Shown here: positions 61,513 to 64,000 of the stretch, in pieces | Position numbering within the stretch: position 1 is the stretch's first letter | Layout of the letters: each line of letters starts with the position of its first letter | DNA from: an uncultured delta proteobacterium | GTDB taxonomy: Bacteria; Desulfobacterota; Syntrophia; Syntrophales; Smithellaceae | Direction: 5' to 3' | Length of the DNA: 64,000 nt | Assembly: GCA_963753975.1 (NCBI GenBank) | Contig: CAVWEH010000001.1 | Location: forward strand, 288,001 to 352,000 | The notes under the pieces: generated by a model | The model's input: only the letters and a program-made list of their open reading frames with translations | What the model was told of the DNA's origin: nothing | Databases searched by the model: none | Program-made: the position numbers and the translations under genes

Positions 61513-62193
61513 CTATTCCTTGGGCAGGAGAATTATCGCAATGCGGCGATTTTTAGCCCGTCCCTCGGGTGTCGAATTATCCGCTATCGGCTGATATTCG
61601 CCGAAAGCCGTTGCGGAAAGAATCTTGGGATCAATGCCCCCCTGCTGCAGATATTTGGTGACGTTAATTGCGCGCGCATAGGAGAGATCCCAGTTGGTCG
61701 GATATTTCTTGGCCAATCTGCCTATTATCTTTACATTATCGGTATGCCCTTCAACGCGGATATTCTTGTCCTTTACGTTCTTTAAGATATCCACGACTCT
61801 TTTCAGCACGGCGAGACCCTCTTCCTTCACTTCCGCTTCGCCGGAATCAAAAAGAATTTTATCCACTACATCCATCGTCAGCTTGCCCTTGAGTTCGGTG
61901 ATCGTAATTTGTCCTTTTGCAATTTCGCCCTTCATCTCCTGGAGTAAATCTTTATAGGTGTTGCTGGCTGCTTCGACTTCCTTTGATTTTTTTTCTAATT
62001 TGACGGTACTTTCCTTAAGAGCGGTATTTTCATCGGAGAGGGCTTTATTTTTTTCTTGTTGGGCGGCCAGTTCCTTACTCAAATTGTCGGCCTCTGCCGA
62101 TTTTTTCATATATTTATCTTCCGAAACCCCGCAGCCGCTGCAAAATAGGACCATGATAAAAATGCCGGTGAAAACATAGATTTTTCTTTTCAT
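61513..62193 (-). CDS. OmpA/MotB-family lipoprotein with coiled coil
   Basis: Lipobox-like SGC, ILFDSG.A, VEGHTDN, NWDLS..RA, NRRI.I. Confidence 0.88.
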   Translation of the reverse strand: MKRKIYVFTGIFIMVLFCSGCGVSEDKYMKKSAEADNLSKELAAQQEKNKALSDENTALKESTVKLEKKSKEVEAASNTYKDLLQEMKGEIAKGQITITELKGKLTMDVVDKILFDSGEAEVKEEGLAVLKRVVDILKNVKDKNIRVEGHTDNVKIIGRLAKKYPTNWDLSYARAINVTKYLQQGGIDPKILSATAFGEYQPIADNSTPEGRAKNRRIAIILLPKE

Positions 62194-62330
62194 AATAATT
62201 CCTCCTTATTTGTCGGATATTGCCATTATGTAAACGGAACTGAAAACAAATCAAATAGCCGCTACATGTAAATCCATATAATAAACTCGCTGGATAATCA
62301 ACTGGCAAAACCTTTGCTGACGGCCCGGCT

Positions 62331-63260
62331 TCACACCCCTTCGTTATCCAGCCCTTTTATTCGGACAGCACGCTGAAATCTTTTTTGAAAATAGGGGGTA
62401 TCCAGACTGTCAATGCGAACGACTTTCCTTGTTGAGGAAGCGTGTACAAATTCATTATTGCCGATGTAAATTCCCACGTGTCCCAGTGGCCTGCGGGTAC
62501 GGAAGAAAACAAGATCGCCTTCCTCCAATTCCCCGCGGTCGATGCTCATGCCGACTTTGGATTGCGCGCGGGTGTTACGAGGCAAATCTATGTCGAAAAT
62601 TTGATAAATCTTGCGAACAAAAGCGGAACAGTCAATTCCTTTGAGGCTGGAGCCGCCTAGTCTGTATGGCGCGCCCAAAAAGCCTATCGCCACTTTAACT
62701 AATAATTGTCTCTCATCGGGGCTGCGCCATTTTCCTAATAGCTCTTCATGCTTTTGCCGGTCCTTTTCCATTTTGGCCGGATCACTTTTTTCCCCGTTGT
62801 TTTCATTATCTTTAACATCTTTATTATCTTCATCTATGAGCTTATTTTCTGAAAGCCTCGTTGACTTTGCCAGAACTAATTTCCGGCCGATGCGCAAACT
62901 TTTCGGACGGATATTGTTAAGAGCCATTATTTGTTTTACGGGAACTCCTGTTTTTCGGGCGATTGTGGACAGGGTATCTCCACTTTTAACGGTGTAATAA
63001 ACAGCCCGTTTAACCTCCGGTTTCGGCCCGGCAGTAGAAACTGCGGCGTTCTTTTCGGAAATGATTAAAACCTGATTTGGCTGAAGTATAGTTTTCGTAA
63101 GGTTGTTGGCTTCTTTTATTTCCTCTACACTAATGCCGGATTCTTTGGATATGCTTTTTAAACTGTCGCCGGTTTTTACCGCGTATTCTTTCGGCAGAGC
63201 ACTGTTGATAAAGAACAATGATAAAAACAGGAAAAATACAAAAAACTGCCACTTCCTCAT
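62331..63260 (-). CDS. LysM-LysM-NlpC/P60 peptidoglycan endopeptidase
   Basis: Two Y.VK.GD.L..I LysM repeats; G.PY..GG....G.DCS, HVGIY.G...F.HAS. Confidence 0.93.
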   Translation of the reverse strand: MRKWQFFVFFLFLSLFFINSALPKEYAVKTGDSLKSISKESGISVEEIKEANNLTKTILQPNQVLIISEKNAAVSTAGPKPEVKRAVYYTVKSGDTLSTIARKTGVPVKQIMALNNIRPKSLRIGRKLVLAKSTRLSENKLIDEDNKDVKDNENNGEKSDPAKMEKDRQKHEELLGKWRSPDERQLLVKVAIGFLGAPYRLGGSSLKGIDCSAFVRKIYQIFDIDLPRNTRAQSKVGMSIDRGELEEGDLVFFRTRRPLGHVGIYIGNNEFVHASSTRKVVRIDSLDTPYFQKRFQRAVRIKGLDNEGV

Positions 63261-63645
63261 TAAGTACCTCCTTTTAGCATGCGGTTTCCCTTTTTGTTAA
63301 AAACACAGAAGCATCTCCCGATGACTTATAAGTGCCGGAATGTAAGGGGTAATTTACTGCAAAGAGAATGAAAAATATTTGCCGACAACATGCCTTTAAC
63401 TTTGGGGGCAGTTACATACTAAAAATGTATTCACCTGTCAAATTTATTTTGCAATCTACGATAAAAAGGTATAGGAAACGACACTCAAAAATTTAAAGTT
63501 TAGTGGAGCCCCCTATGGCAGGAGCCGGAGGCGCCCTAAAATAACGCGACCTCCCGCGGGTCACGGTGCTTTTCTCCTCCGGCCGGAGCTGAGCGATTCC
63601 AAGTCGCGGGATTGAAAACTCGTCAAAATTACGGCAAGGATGGTT

Positions 63646-64000
63646 ATGAAGATCTGGAAACAAGTTTTTTTAGTGGTATTTTTTTTCTTCGCTATTATTT
63701 TTACCGTTGATGTCGGACGCTATCTTTTTTATCCCGATGTGGCTTATTTGAAAAAACACAATCCGGGGGAAACCGCTTTTATGGAATACAGGGAAAAAAC
63801 CTGGCAACAAAAAAAGGTGAAGAAGAAAATTAAGAAAATCTGGGTGCCAATTTCTGAAGTATCTCCTTATGTGATGAAGGCTGTAATCATTGCGGAGGAC
63901 CGTAAATTCTGGTCGCATGAAGGATTTGATTTTGAAGCGATGCAAAAGGCTCTGGAAAAAGATATCGAGAAAAATAAAATTCAGGCGGGCGGCAGCACTA
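63646..64000 (+). CDS. mtgA: Monofunctional peptidoglycan transglycosylase, N-terminal part (runs off window end)
   Basis: My translation from ATG 63646: TM helix, then WVPISEVSP...KAVIIAEDRKFWSHEGFD...GGST; not in the ORF track. Confidence 0.88.
   Translation, partial: MKIWKQVFLVVFFFFAIIFTVDVGRYLFYPDVAYLKKHNPGETAFMEYREKTWQQKKVKKKIKKIWVPISEVSPYVMKAVIIAEDRKFWSHEGFDFEAMQKALEKDIEKNKIQAGGST

Noticed and set aside
63261..63430. c-di-AMP (ydaO) riboswitch upstream of the NlpC/P60 gene
   Set aside because: The minus-strand leader shows no recognisable ydaO consensus

Overview
Bacterial chromosomal window, probably from an anaerobic deltaproteobacterium (Syntrophales/Smithella-like; inferred from gene content only). 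Housekeeping and physiology blocks: kdpB'C-kdpD, menA-like plus radical SAM, hup-trpS-scpAB-rluB-ihfB, sodB, zur-znuACB, K+ channel, prc, glpK-glpABC, TetR-TolC-RND efflux, acn-icd-rlmN, NlpC/P60, mtgA'. A central accessory/defence region (~20.8-36.8 kb) holds a truncated RhuM gene, a GIY-YIG nuclease, radC, type I R-M, an HNH nuclease, an AbiE-like pair, a second nucleotidyltransferase pair and Fic. The most unusual signal is non-coding: several families of short structured repeats nested inside one another. (i) A ~72-80 bp hairpin unit with covarying stems and a tandem G.A mismatch (about 17 copies at 7 loci) that is repeatedly found inserted at one position of its own right arm without target duplication. 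(ii) A ~20 bp micro-element (TAACCTRAA-GGTCA...) found inside those hairpins and nested in itself. (iii) ~91-105 bp CCCCGTTAGA...TCTAACGGGG elements that donate start/stop signals to genes and bracket the GIY-YIG gene. Several frameshifts (glpK, RND permease, outer-membrane factor, AhpC-like) may be assembly errors. No rRNA, tRNA or CRISPR array was recognised.
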